Below, piece after piece: positions 1-13,346 of a stretch of 64,000 bases of DNA. A program made the position numbers and the translations under genes. The DNA lies in assembly GCA_046597055.1 (NCBI GenBank), contig JBKJLC010000113.1, forward strand, positions 1 to 64,000. Reading direction: 5' to 3'. Origin of the DNA: Kofleriaceae bacterium. Lineage in GTDB: Bacteria > Myxococcota_A > Polyangia > Haliangiales > Haliangiaceae. The first letter of the stretch is position 1; each line of letters begins with the position of its first letter. A model generated the notes under the pieces. The model was not told the origin of the DNA. It did not search any database and saw only the letters and a list, made by a program, of their open reading frames with translations.

Positions 1-50
1 CCGGGACCGCCGTCCCGCCCCGGACCAGGTCGATCAACTGCGTCCGCTGA

Positions 51-266
51 TCAGTCGTGTACTGCGTGTAGTGCCTTCGCATGCCCGCAGCATCGACGGT
101 CCGCTCGCGCCTTTCTCTGTGCGGTCCGTGCAGCGCCTACGATCTTGTGGAGCGGCTGCCGCAGCGCCTCCGGGCTGATCAGGTAGTCCTCCAGCTTCTT
201 CATCTGCTGCCGAGACTCGCAGAACGGGCTGTCGCTGGCGATCGTCGCAATGCGGGCGGTGCTCAC
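51..266 (-). pseudogene. Short ORF, possibly an N-terminal fragment of an ISKra4-like transposase
   Basis: N-terminus (SPFCESRQQMKKLEDYLISPEALRQPLH) resembles, from memory, the start of ISKra4 transposases; the ORF degenerates after about 45 aa; lies next to a decayed mobile region. Confidence 0.25.
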
Positions 267-416
267 CAGACGGCGACGCTACCCAACCGCGATCGATCCG
301 GACAGGCCTCCGACCGCCAACCGCCCGGAATCGATCAGCTTTCCGCGACCGCAAGAGATCCACACCCATTGCAGATGGCCCAATGCTCGTCGCCCAGCTG
401 CGATACCACTATTGGT

Positions 417-476
417 GCCCAACGCCTGAATTGAGCCGGCCCTCGAAGCGGGTTCGGCTTGAATGTATTGTTAGGC
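417..476 (-). other. Integron attC recombination site (59-be, 60 bp)
   Basis: Minus strand reads GCCTAAC-AATACATTCAAGCCGAACCCGCTTCGAGGGCCGGCTCAATTCAGGC-GTTGGGC: RYYYAAC inverse core, GTTRRRY core, imperfect central palindrome; the TAA stop of the upstream gene lies within the inverse core. Confidence 0.9.
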
Positions 477-902
477 CGCGCGCGTGGACGCTGGAAGCTG
501 CCCATAACTATTGCGATACGTCTTCCCGGGCTTTGGATGGGTGAACTTGATACTTGACCAAGTGGCATCGACGCTCAGGCAGGTACTCTCCACCAGTCCA
601 TGGCTGTAACCAATGCGAATGACATGTGGCAGGGAGAGATCAGAACCAAGCTGCTTGGCTTTTGGCCACGACACCCACAACATGCCAGTTCGCTTGAGAT
701 GACGAATGAGTGTAGGAAGTTTAATATCCATCTCGGACTGTGAAGTCGTAAATATATGGAGATAGTCGAACTCCCCACGCAATGTCTGGCTGGCAACGAG
801 CTCAGGAAGCTTCATGGCCCCCAGTGCTGAAGCTGGAGCATTCCGGAAGAAAGCGCGCATCCCTTCCTTCAGTCCCATCTTTTGCGACACAGATCTCGAC
901 AT
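471..902 (-). CDS. DUF3052-like hypothetical protein (gene-cassette ORF)
   Basis: SQKMGLKEG...LKRTGMLWVSWPK...GLVESTCLSVDATWSSIKF pattern; AT-richer than host; ends in attC; alternative start at 944. Confidence 0.7.
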   Translation of the reverse strand: MSRSVSQKMGLKEGMRAFFRNAPASALGAMKLPELVASQTLRGEFDYLHIFTTSQSEMDIKLPTLIRHLKRTGMLWVSWPKAKQLGSDLSLPHVIRIGYSHGLVESTCLSVDATWSSIKFTHPKPGKTYRNSYGQLPASTRAA

Positions 903-966
903 GATTTTTCCAAGATCACCGCGGCGTTCGCGAAATAGTTCCATGGCCAGTCCATAGCTCCAGTGT

Positions 967-1323
967 TCAATCCTTGGAGTGGAGCCCGACCCTATTTCCT
1001 TCAGTGTCCTCAAAATAGGCATACTGCCCCATACCCTCGCCAATTGGCGTTTTTGGAACCAAAACCTTTCCGCCTGAGGCCTCAATGCGGCTAATCCATT
1101 CTTCAATAGAAGGCTCGGCGGAGAAGTAAACTCGAGAGCCACTATGGGATGGCGCATCTTCGGGCGCTTTGAATAGACAACCCTCCGTTCCAAAATTTGC
1201 AGTTTCTTTGTTGCCGGGAATTTTTGCGCGCTTCAAAGTCAAACCCGTGACGTTTTCGTAGAACTTCACTGCGCGGTCCATGTCACTAACGGGAATGTCG
1301 AACCAAACACACATTTTGTTCAT
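967..1323 (-). CDS. VOC/glyoxalase family protein (gene-cassette ORF)
   Basis: VWFDIPVSDMDRAVKFY...GGKVLVPKTPIG...AYFEDTEGNRVGLHS motifs. Confidence 0.9.
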   Translation of the reverse strand: MNKMCVWFDIPVSDMDRAVKFYENVTGLTLKRAKIPGNKETANFGTEGCLFKAPEDAPSHSGSRVYFSAEPSIEEWISRIEASGGKVLVPKTPIGEGMGQYAYFEDTEGNRVGLHSKD

Positions 1324-1387
1324 GTCGTGATCTCCAAGCAATGACATTGCAAGGTTGCTTTGAACGGACGCGACGGAGCGTCGTGCG

Positions 1388-1447
1388 GCATCACCCTTGA
1401 GTTAAGCGGACAATAGTCGGTGCGACTATTGTTCCTCTTGAATGAGT
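1388..1447 (-). other. Truncated/degenerate attC site interrupted at its inverse-core end
   Basis: Minus strand: ACTCATTCAAGAGG-A-ACAATAGTCG-CAC-CGACTATTGT-CCGCTTAACTCAAGG-GTGATGC. Same L-box motifs as the 417-476 attC, perfect 10-bp central hairpin, core GTGATGC (one mismatch to GTT), RYYYAAC end missing. Confidence 0.75.
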
Positions 1448-1878
1448 AACAAGGAGACTTCCCGCCCTTGCGGTTGGCCGCTCGGTCGTTACGGACCATG
1501 ATGGTTTCCTCCATCGGTACACCTGGAGGGGAAGTCTCCCATGCGCACTATAGCCATCGGCGTCGACTTGGCAAGATCAGCTTTTTCAACTGCGAATTAG
1601 ACGGCGATGGCCGGGTTGTCCAGCGCAAGGATTTGCGTTGCGAGGAGTTTAGCATTTGGTTGGCTCAGCTCCCCGCCGGCACCGTCGTGGCCATGGAAGC
1701 TTGCAGCGGTGCTCTCCATTGGGCTCGGCGCTGCCTGGAACACGGACTGCAGCCGAAGCTGATAACCGCCCAGTTTGTCGAACCGTTCCGCAAGAGCCAG
1801 GCGGTCAAGAACGACCGCAACGACGCCGAGGCGATCGCCACCGCGGCCCACCAGGGCAACATGCGCTTCGTGCCAGTG
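1446..1878 (+). mobile_element. Left-end remnant of an IS110-family (IS1111-type) insertion sequence
   Basis: 11-bp inverted repeats GGAGACTTCCC (1453-1463) and GGGAAGTCTCC (1529-1539) immediately before the transposase ATG; adjoins the broken attC; left boundary approximate. Confidence 0.75.
1541..1878 (+). pseudogene. IS110-family DEDD transposase, frameshifted and truncated
   Basis: ATG 1541 gives MRTIAIGVDLA then stops at 1600; another frame continues CELDGDGRVV...VAMEACSGALHWAR...KNDRNDAEAI...MRFVPV; similarity ends at about 1878 and the C-terminal domain is absent. Confidence 0.85.
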
Positions 1879-2470
1879 GATGGGCAGGTCGCGCTGGGGC
1901 CCCGGCGTGCGACCGAGGTGCGCCGCGCTGATCCGGTTGCGCTCGCCCAGAGGCTCTCGACCTATGCCGGCCTCGGCGACCTGCGGCGCAGCGGCTACGC
2001 ACCGCTCGTGTTCAGCACGACGGTCAGCTCGGGCATGCCCGGCTCTACGCCGGCGGCCGGACCGTCCTTGCCAGCTGCGACGGCGACCGCATCCGCCGGC
2101 ACCTCGACGTCGCGCCCGCCACACCATGCTCACAGGTGAAGGCCACGGGCCACGGTTGCGCAGACCGCCGGCGGACGCCGCCTGGTCGTGCGCCCGATCG
2201 GCGCCAACTTCGAGGCCCTGATCACGACGATGGCCGGGATCTCGGAAGTGACGTGAGCTAATTTGGTCCGAGCTGGAGGTGATCGCGCGCAAGAACAGTC
2301 GCGGCGAAGCGCTGCTCACGTGCGACCGGGTACTGCAACCTACGCCCGAGGTACGGATTCGATGCGCAAGTTTCGCCGCCAGCTCGAAGAGTCGATGGCA
2401 ACGTGGCGGGAGATCGTCGCCGCTGCGGTCAAGGCGGTCGGCTGATCGTCAGCCGCGGCTCGGCGAGCCG

Positions 2471-3835
2471 TCAGTCGTCGTCGAGGTGGACCGCGCGCTG
2501 GACGACGGCCTTGCCGAACTTGTCGCGCAGCTTGTCGAGGGTGTCGCCGAGGCGCTCGCCGCGGGCGCGCGCGGCCTCGTCGAGGCCGAGCTGGCGGGGG
2601 GCGTCGCGGGCCTCGAGGCCGGACGCGAACACGCCGCACAGGCGGGCGCGGTGGCCGGGCCGATCGGCGAGGTCGAACTGATCGAGCAGGGCGAACGCGA
2701 TCCGCGCGATCACCCGGGCGTCGCTGGTCGGGTCGGGCAGGGTGTGGCGGCGGGTGAGCTGACGGAAGGCCGGCTTGCCCGCCGGCGCCCCGTAGCGCCC
2801 GGTGCCCGTTGCGCCGGACGAGCCACGGCCGTCAGAAGCGGCGGAAGGGTCACGCGATCCAGACGACCCGGTCGACCCGCCGCGATCGAGCACGGCCGAC
2901 GAGCCCGAGCGCACCGACGACGAACCCGCCGGCGCGCCGCGGCGGTCGGCGAGGTCGTGCTTGATGACCACCGCGACCACGGTCGCGCGCAGCCCGGCCC
3001 GGCGCAGGCGCTCGGCGACCCGGTCGATCTGGTGGAGCAGGACGATCTCGAGATCGCCACGCTCCCACAGATCGTCGTCGAAGGTCTCCTGGTGGCCGAT
3101 CGACACCGGCGCCCGCTCTGACTCGACCGGGCGCCAGTCTTCGCCGCGCGCCAGCGAGGCCAGCTCGCGCCCGGTGCCCGCACCCAGCCGCGCGCACAGC
3201 GACGCCTCGGGATAGCGGGCGACGTCGCCGATCGTGTGCAGGCCGATCGCGCGCAGCGATTCCAGCGTGACCGCGCCGACGCCGTACAGGCGGCCGACCG
3301 GCAGGGGGTGCATGAACCCGAGCAGGTCGGCGGGCTCGACCACGCGCAGGCCGTCGGGCTTGTCGATGTCGGACGCGATCTTGGCGGCCATCTTGATCGG
3401 CGCGACCCCGACCGAGGCGACCAGCGACAGCTCGGCGCGCACCCGCGCCTTGATCAGGGTAGCGACCTGGCGCGGCGGGCCGAACAAGCGCTCGGTGCCG
3501 GTGAGGTCGAGGAAGGCCTCGTCGAACGACAGTGCCTCGACCGCGGGTGAATAGTCGGCGAGGATCGCGAAGAACTGCCGCGATGCCTCGGCGTAGCGGT
3601 CCATGTGGATCTTGACGACGATCGCCTGCGGGCACAGCCGCAGCGCGATCGCCATCGGCATCGCCGAGGTGACGCCGAACGTGCGGGCCTCGTAGCTGGC
3701 CGCGCACACCACGCCGCGGCGGGCTGAGCCGCCGACCACGACCGGCTTGCCGCGCAGGCTGGGGTCGTCGCGCTGCTCGACCGACGCGAAGAACGCGTCG
3801 AGGTCGACGTGGAGGATCGTGCGAGGAGCCGACAC
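2471..3835 (-). CDS. dinB: DNA polymerase IV (Y-family)
   Basis: [42 protein letters not shown] motifs; QLGL-like clamp-binding motif near the C-terminus. Confidence 0.95.
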   Translation of the reverse strand: MSAPRTILHVDLDAFFASVEQRDDPSLRGKPVVVGGSARRGVVCAASYEARTFGVTSAMPMAIALRLCPQAIVVKIHMDRYAEASRQFFAILADYSPAVEALSFDEAFLDLTGTERLFGPPRQVATLIKARVRAELSLVASVGVAPIKMAAKIASDIDKPDGLRVVEPADLLGFMHPLPVGRLYGVGAVTLESLRAIGLHTIGDVARYPEASLCARLGAGTGRELASLARGEDWRPVESERAPVSIGHQETFDDDLWERGDLEIVLLHQIDRVAERLRRAGLRATVVAVVIKHDLADRRGAPAGSSSVRSGSSAVLDRGGSTGSSGSRDPSAASDGRGSSGATGTGRYGAPAGKPAFRQLTRRHTLPDPTSDARVIARIAFALLDQFDLADRPGHRARLCGVFASGLEARDAPRQLGLDEAARARGERLGDTLDKLRDKFGKAVVQRAVHLDDD

Positions 3836-3849
3836 GCGGCCCGAGCGTA

Positions 3850-4341
3850 CTACCGGCCGGGCGGCGGCGACGCCGGTGACGTGGGCGCCGCGGGCGGGTT
3901 CGGCGCCTTGCGCAGCAGATCCTTCTTGCCACCGAGGACGATGATCGCCGCCGCCGCGAGCACGACCACGTAGGTCAGCCCGCCTGGGATCGGCTTCACC
4001 TCACCCCTGCGGAACTTGCGGACCTTCACGCGCGCGAAGCCGTGCAGGCCGAGGATCACGACCGCGACCAGCGTGACCTTGATGTGCAGCCACGCACCGG
4101 TGGTGAACTGGTTGGGGATGTCACCGAGCGCGCGCCACAGGCCGAACACCAGCGTGAGGGTCGCGCCGGCGTCCATGAGCATCGCCGCCTTGCGTTCCTG
4201 CCGGGTGAGCACGTCGCGGGCCGCGCCCTCGACCGCGCCGTGCACCCGCAGCAGCTGCAGCACGCTGACCAGCCCCGCGATCCACAGCGCGAAGCCGATG
4301 ATGTGACCGATGCCCAGCCACTCTCTCAGGTCGAGGCTCAT
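3850..4341 (-). CDS. hemJ: HemJ/CopD-like membrane protein (putative protoporphyrinogen oxidase)
   Basis: Four TM helices with [12 protein letters not shown] and [11 protein letters not shown]...HG motifs. Confidence 0.65.
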   Translation of the reverse strand: MSLDLREWLGIGHIIGFALWIAGLVSVLQLLRVHGAVEGAARDVLTRQERKAAMLMDAGATLTLVFGLWRALGDIPNQFTTGAWLHIKVTLVAVVILGLHGFARVKVRKFRRGEVKPIPGGLTYVVVLAAAAIIVLGGKKDLLRKAPNPPAAPTSPASPPPGR

Positions 4342-4409
4342 GTGCGCGTCATATCACGACCACGCCGGTGCGCCCGCCCCACGCGGGCGCGACTCACCCG
4401 GGCCCGAGC

Positions 4410-5849
4410 TCACAGGTGAATCGCGTGCCCCATGGCGGCCTCGCTGGCTTCCTTGATCGCCTCGGCGAAGGTCGGATGGGCGTGGATCGTGTAGACGAGG
4501 CTGTCGAGGTTGACCTCGGTCGCCTTGGCCAGGGTCAGCTCGGCGATGAGGTCGGTGACCGCCGGGCCGATCATGTGGGCGCCGACCAGGGCGCCGGTCT
4601 CGGCGTGCCAGAGCACCTTCACGAAGCCGACCGTCTCGCCGGCCGCCAGCGACTTGCCAAGCGGCCGCCACGGGAACCGGCCGACCTTGAGCGGGATGCC
4701 GCGCTCCTTGGCCTGGTCCTCGGTGAGCCCGAGCGACGCGATCTCCGGGTGACAGTAGGTGCAGGCCGGGATGGTCCCGTAGTCGACCGGGTGGGTCGGG
4801 TGGCCGGCGATCTGCTCGGCGACCTGCACGCCCTCGGCGCTGGCGGTGTGGGCCAGGCCGCGACCGATCACGTCGCCGATCGCCCACAGCCCGTCGCCGC
4901 ACGCCAGCCGGTCGTCGACCTTGATGAACCCACGGTCGAGCGTGACGCCGTGGTGCTCGAGCCCGAGGTGCTCCGTGTTGGCGGCGATCCCGACCGCGGA
5001 CAGCAGCACCTCGGCCTCGAGCGCGACCGGGGTCCCGCCGTCGCGTGGCTCGAGCGTGATCGCGACCTTGTCGCCCAGGTTCTTCGCGCTGGTCACCTTG
5101 TGGCCGAGGTACAGCTTCATCCCGCGCTTCTCGAACGCACGGCCGAGCTCCTTGGAGACCTCGGCGTCCTCGTTGGGGACCAGCCTGGGCAGGAACTCGA
5201 TGATGGTCACCTCGACCCCGAGCGCACGGTAGAACGACGCGAACTCGACGCCGATCGCGCCGGCCCCGATCACCGCCAGCGACCGCGGCTGGTCGGGCAG
5301 GGTCATCGCCTTGCGGTACTCGATGATGCGCTGGTCGTCGAGGACGATGCCGGGCAGGCTCCGGGCCCGCGCGCCGGTCGCCAGCACGACGTGCTTCGTG
5401 CGCAGCACGCGGGTGCCGCCGGCGGTCAGGTCGACGTGGAGCTGGTGCGCTCCGGCGCCGGCGCGCGGCAAGAGTCGCGCGGTGCCGGCGACGTGCTCGA
5501 TCTTGTTCTTGCGCAGCAGGAACGCGACGCCCTTCGAGATCTTCTCGGCGACGTCGCGGCTGCGCTTGATGATCGCGGGGAAGTCGGCGCGGATGTTCTC
5601 GACCGAGAGGCCGAACTCCTTGGCGCGGTGAAACAGCTCGAGCACCTCGGCCGAGCGCAGGAGCGCCTTGGTCGGGATGCAGCCCCAGTTGAGGCAGATC
5701 CCGCCGAGGCTCTCGCGCTCGATGCAGGCGACCCGCAGGCCGAGCTGGGCGGCCCGGATGGCGGCGACGTAGCCGCCCGGTCCCGACCCGATGACGACGA
5801 CGTCCAGCTCCTGGGCGTCAGGTGCAGGCGCAGCGGCAGGCGCGGTCAT
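4410..5849 (-). CDS. lpdA: Dihydrolipoyl dehydrogenase (E3)
   Basis: GSGPGGY, GGICLNWGCIPTK, GAGAIG, HAHPTFAE. Confidence 0.97.
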   Translation of the reverse strand: MTAPAAAPAPDAQELDVVVIGSGPGGYVAAIRAAQLGLRVACIERESLGGICLNWGCIPTKALLRSAEVLELFHRAKEFGLSVENIRADFPAIIKRSRDVAEKISKGVAFLLRKNKIEHVAGTARLLPRAGAGAHQLHVDLTAGGTRVLRTKHVVLATGARARSLPGIVLDDQRIIEYRKAMTLPDQPRSLAVIGAGAIGVEFASFYRALGVEVTIIEFLPRLVPNEDAEVSKELGRAFEKRGMKLYLGHKVTSAKNLGDKVAITLEPRDGGTPVALEAEVLLSAVGIAANTEHLGLEHHGVTLDRGFIKVDDRLACGDGLWAIGDVIGRGLAHTASAEGVQVAEQIAGHPTHPVDYGTIPACTYCHPEIASLGLTEDQAKERGIPLKVGRFPWRPLGKSLAAGETVGFVKVLWHAETGALVGAHMIGPAVTDLIAELTLAKATEVNLDSLVYTIHAHPTFAEAIKEASEAAMGHAIHL

Positions 5850-5856
5850 CGGTTCC

Positions 5857-7320
<1,464 letters not shown>

Positions 7321-7335
7321 GGCTTCTCCTGCAAC

Positions 7336-8316
<981 letters not shown>

Positions 8317-8318
8317 GG

Positions 8319-9341
<1,023 letters not shown>

Positions 9342-9445
9342 GGGCGGCGACCATAGCCACACTGAGGCGAGGTCGCCACCTTCCGGCCCGCGGAATCATG
9401 ATGCGTTTCGCAACGCTCGCGAAACCGCGCGGTGCCGGTCGCAGC

Positions 9446-9922
9446 TCAGCGGAGCAGCGACAACCGCACGACGCCGTCGCTGCTGACCACGCCGCGCTCG
9501 GTGTCGAGCGCCGCGCCCGACGAGCCGTACGCCGACACCGTGGCCTCGGTGAAGCCGAGCGGCAGCTTGTCGAAGAAGAACGAGCCGACCGCGCACGGAA
9601 CCGGTCGGACCGTGAAGGTCTCACCGGTGGTCGGATCCGAGACCGTCACGTCGAGCTCGGACACGCCCACGCACGCCCCGGGCTGATCGGTCGTGAGGCC
9701 CTGCACGGTCCACTCGATGCGCATCGTGCGGGTCTCGGCCGCGCAGGCGCCGACCCGGGTGCACGTGAGCCCGCCGCAGTCACTGTCGATCCGGCACTCG
9801 TCCCCGCCCGCCGACGTGAAGCACCCGGCAGCGGTCACCGCCAGGACCCCCACGAGCATCGACGAGACGGTGGCGCGACGCACGTCGGGCAATATAGCAG
9901 CAAGCGCGTGCGCTGGCATCAC
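9446..9922 (-). CDS. Hypothetical Cys-rich lipoprotein (start uncertain)
   Basis: Hydrophobic stretch ending TAAGC, then a C-x4-C-x4-C-x4-C module and a beta-rich domain. Confidence 0.65.
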   Translation of the reverse strand: MMPAHALAAILPDVRRATVSSMLVGVLAVTAAGCFTSAGGDECRIDSDCGGLTCTRVGACAAETRTMRIEWTVQGLTTDQPGACVGVSELDVTVSDPTTGETFTVRPVPCAVGSFFFDKLPLGFTEATVSAYGSSGAALDTERGVVSSDGVVRLSLLR

Positions 9923-9949
9923 CTCGTATGGACGTCGTCGTCACCGGCG

Positions 9950-11179
9950 TCAGCGACGCGCGAGCCGCGTGTAGACGACGAACGTCGCGGCCAGGGCGAG
10001 GCATACGCCTGACACCACGCCCCACATCAGGAGGTGGCGGTGGCCGACCGCATCGAACAGCAGGCCGCCCAGCAGCGGGCCAAAGGCGACGCCGAGCATC
10101 TGGACGAACCCGACCAGCCCGAAGCTCTTGCCCAGCCGGGCCGCGTCGCCACTCTCGGCCGCGGCGCTCTGGTGGGCGGGCGCGAACAGCACCTCGGCCA
10201 TCGTGATGACCGCGATCGCGGCGGCGACGGTGGCGAACCCGGTGGCCAGCCCGATCAGGCCGAAGCCGGTGGCGAACAGCATGGAGGCGATGACCAGCGC
10301 GGCGCTGGTGCCGAGCCGCCGGATCGCGCCGAGCGCCGGCCACTGCATCAGCAGCACCAGCCCGCCGTTGATCGCGTAGATCAGGCCGATATCGCGCTTG
10401 TCGAGGTGAAGCTCGTCGGCGAGGTAGATCGCGAACACCGAGAACATCTGGGTGTGCGCCAACGCGAACAGGAACGTGCCGACCAGCAGGGCGAGCAGCG
10501 GTGGCTGGCCGAGCGCGTCGCGCAGGCCGTCGCGCAGGCGGACCCGCTCCAGCGTCGCGTGATGCTCGACCGGACGAGGATCGGTGACCGTGCGGGTGGT
10601 CCACGCCGCGGCCAGCAGGCCGGCCGATGCGAAGAAGAACACCGCGCCGTACTCGAGGTACTGAGCGAGGATGCCGCCCATCGCGGGCCCGATCGCCCAG
10701 CCGAGGTTGGTGCCCATCCGCTGCAGCCCGAACGCGGCCACCCGCTGGTCGGGCCGCGACAGGTCGGCCACCAGCGCGTACGCGACCGGCTCGAAGCAGC
10801 CGCGCAGGGCCGAGCTGGCGACGAAGTTGAGGGCGAGCGACCACATCGGCGCGTGCAGCAGGATCTGCACGCCGAGCAGCGCGATCACGAAGGCGCGGAT
10901 CGTCAGCGATCCGGTGATGATGGGCCGGCGGCCGATGCGGTCCGACAGCTCGCCGGCCCAGGCGTTGGTCGCCGACTGAGCGAGATTCGCGATCAGCGCC
11001 AGCGCCCCGTACAGCGCCGCCGAGTAGCCGCGCTCGTCGACGACATAGATGCCGAGAAACGACATCACCAGCGACAGCCCGACGGTGTTGACCGCGCGGG
11101 CCCAGGCGATCTGCCAGATGCGGCGGTCGAGCTCGGCCCAGGCGCGGAACCGACCCCGACCCGGCGAAGAGACTGCCAT
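9950..11179 (-). CDS. MFS transporter
   Basis: About 12 TM helices; MFS motif A GELSDRIGRR. Confidence 0.92.
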   Translation of the reverse strand: MAVSSPGRGRFRAWAELDRRIWQIAWARAVNTVGLSLVMSFLGIYVVDERGYSAALYGALALIANLAQSATNAWAGELSDRIGRRPIITGSLTIRAFVIALLGVQILLHAPMWSLALNFVASSALRGCFEPVAYALVADLSRPDQRVAAFGLQRMGTNLGWAIGPAMGGILAQYLEYGAVFFFASAGLLAAAWTTRTVTDPRPVEHHATLERVRLRDGLRDALGQPPLLALLVGTFLFALAHTQMFSVFAIYLADELHLDKRDIGLIYAINGGLVLLMQWPALGAIRRLGTSAALVIASMLFATGFGLIGLATGFATVAAAIAVITMAEVLFAPAHQSAAAESGDAARLGKSFGLVGFVQMLGVAFGPLLGGLLFDAVGHRHLLMWGVVSGVCLALAATFVVYTRLARR

Positions 11180-11225
11180 CGCGCACGCTTTCGTAGCACG
11201 CCGGGCTGGGGTAGGGTGCGCCGCG

Positions 11226-11591
11226 ATGCGCACGCGGCTCCTCCGCGAATACAGGTTCGAGGCCGCCCACTTCTTGCCCCGGGTGCCCGAGGGGCACAAG
11301 TGCGCGCGCATGCACGGCCACAGCTACCTGGTGGTCGTCGTGATCGAAGGCGAGATCGATCCCGAGCTCGGCTGGGTCATGGACTTCTCCGCGATCGACG
11401 AGCACGTGCTGCCGCTCACGCGCACGCTCGATCACCGGGTGCTCAACGAGCTCGACGACCTGGCCAACCCGACCAGCGAGCTGCTCGCGGTCTGGCTGTG
11501 GGATCGGATCCGACCGTCGTTGCCGCTGCTGGTCGAGGTCCACGTCGCGGAGACGCCGACCTCCCGCTGCGTCTACCAGGGCCGGACCTGA
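11226..11591 (+). CDS. queD: 6-carboxytetrahydropterin synthase
   Basis: FEAAHFLP..HKCARMHGHSY, DFSAI, LDHRVLN, NPTSE, ETPT. Confidence 0.95.
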   Translation: MRTRLLREYRFEAAHFLPRVPEGHKCARMHGHSYLVVVVIEGEIDPELGWVMDFSAIDEHVLPLTRTLDHRVLNELDDLANPTSELLAVWLWDRIRPSLPLLVEVHVAETPTSRCVYQGRT

Positions 11592-11592
11592 C

Positions 11593-12462
11593 GTGAAGCT
11601 CCGGGCGCTGACGATCAACCTCTGGGGATTGTCGGCGCCGCTCGAGCGGCGGCTGGCGCTGGCCGCGCGTCAACTGGCCGCGCTCGCGCCCGACGTGCTC
11701 GGCGTGCAGGAGGTGCAGCCCTGGGGCGACACGACCACCGCGCACCGGCTCGCCGCCGGGCTCGGCTACCAGGTCGCGTTCGCGCCCGCGCTCCTCTGGG
11801 AGGCCGGCGCGTGGGGGCCGGGCACGCCGGCGGGCGAGGAGGGCGTCGCGATCGTGTCGCGCTGGCCGATCGTCGAGCAGCGGGTGGTGCGGCTGCCCGA
11901 GGCGCGGCCGCTCGAGGCCCGCGTGCTCCTGTCGGCGCGGTTGGCGACCCCGGCCGGCCCGATCTGGTTCCACACCACCCATCTCCACTACCGCCTCGAC
12001 GACGGCGTCGCGCGCGAGGCCCAGGTGCTGGCGATCGACGCTGCGATCCGCGGGTGCGGGCGCGGCAACGACGACGCGCCGCAGATCCTGTGCGGCGATC
12101 TCAACGCGACCCCGGACTCCGACGAGATGCGGTTCCTGCGCGGGCTCACCACCCTCGGCGGGCGCCGCACCCACTTCCAGGACGCGTGGCTGCGCCGCCA
12201 CCGCGAGGCCGAGGCCGGCGACGGCCCCGCGCAGGGCATCACGTGGTCGTCGGACAACGAGCACACCCGCCCCCTGCGCTCGCTCGACCTCGATCGCCGG
12301 ATCGACTACGTCCTGGTCACCACCCGCAAGAAGGACGGGCGCGGCACCATCCACGACTGTCGGGTGGTCCTCACCGAGCGCGAGGGTGAGGCCGAGCACG
12401 CGATCTGCGCGAGCGACCACTACGGCGTCATGGCCGACGTCCAGATCGGACCCATCGCATGA
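11593..12462 (+). CDS. Endonuclease/exonuclease/phosphatase family protein
   Basis: TINLW, DVLGVQEV, TTHL, CGDLNA, RIDYV, ASDHYGV. Confidence 0.92.
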   Translation: MKLRALTINLWGLSAPLERRLALAARQLAALAPDVLGVQEVQPWGDTTTAHRLAAGLGYQVAFAPALLWEAGAWGPGTPAGEEGVAIVSRWPIVEQRVVRLPEARPLEARVLLSARLATPAGPIWFHTTHLHYRLDDGVAREAQVLAIDAAIRGCGRGNDDAPQILCGDLNATPDSDEMRFLRGLTTLGGRRTHFQDAWLRRHREAEAGDGPAQGITWSSDNEHTRPLRSLDLDRRIDYVLVTTRKKDGRGTIHDCRVVLTEREGEAEHAICASDHYGVMADVQIGPIA

Positions 12463-13244
12463 GCTTCGCCACCGCCTCGCAGATCGTGGCCGCCGGCGAC
12501 GGCGAATTCACCTGGGACGTCCCCGACGGCTGGCAGCAGGGCAAGGGCGCCTTCGGCGGCCTGGTCCTCGGCGCGATGGCGCGGGCGATGGAGGCGCGCG
12601 AGGCCGATCGCGCGCGCCGGCTGCGCACGCTCAGCGGCGAGCTGTGCGGCCCGATGCTGACCGGCGCCACCGCGATCACCGTGCGGGTCCTGCGCCGCGG
12701 CCGTGGCACCACCTACCTCGAGGCCCACGCCCGCCAGGCCGGCGCGGTGGTCGCCCGGGCCAGCGCGCTGCTGGCCGACGCGCGGCCGCCGACGGTGGCG
12801 TCGATCACCGCGCCCCAGCCGATGCTGCCGCCGTGGGCGGAGGTGCCGGTCACCGCGATGACCGCGGCCAGCCCGCGCTTCACCACGAACTTCGAGTACC
12901 GCTCGCTCGGCGACCTGCCGTTCGCCGGCGGCGCCGAGCCGATCTGCGACGGCTGGCTGCGCGACCCGGCGCCGCCCGCGCAGCTCGACGCGGCCGCGGT
13001 CATCGGCCTGCTCGACGCCTGGTGGCCGTGCGCGCTGGTGGTCGAGCCGGCCCCGCGCGGCATGGCCACCGTCGCCTTCACCGCCCAGCTGCTGGTCGAT
13101 CCGGCCACGCTCGATCCGGCCGCGCCGTTCGCGTACGTCGCCCACCTGGCCGGCACCGCCGACGGCTTCTCGGTCGAGCTGCGCCACCTCTGGCAGCGCG
13201 GCGTGCTGGTCGCGCTCAACCAGCAGACGTTCGCCGCGCTGTAG
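12459..13244 (+). CDS. Acyl-CoA thioesterase family protein (double hotdog)
   Basis: WQQGKGAFGG, VLRRGR, LLDAWWP motifs. Confidence 0.85.
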   Translation: MSFATASQIVAAGDGEFTWDVPDGWQQGKGAFGGLVLGAMARAMEAREADRARRLRTLSGELCGPMLTGATAITVRVLRRGRGTTYLEAHARQAGAVVARASALLADARPPTVASITAPQPMLPPWAEVPVTAMTAASPRFTTNFEYRSLGDLPFAGGAEPICDGWLRDPAPPAQLDAAAVIGLLDAWWPCALVVEPAPRGMATVAFTAQLLVDPATLDPAAPFAYVAHLAGTADGFSVELRHLWQRGVLVALNQQTFAAL

Positions 13245-13346
13245 CCGCGGCACGCTGGTGGACGGTCGGGTCCACCTCCTCACGTGACAGCCTGGCTGAC
13301 CGGGGCGACGACCGGCGGGCCGGCGCTGTCTGCTACACCTCCCGCC

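Noticed and set aside
1879..2470. Short ORFs and fragments between the IS remnant and dinB
   Set aside because: A patchwork with no family I can recognise; probably decayed sequence. No intI or IS right end is identifiable.
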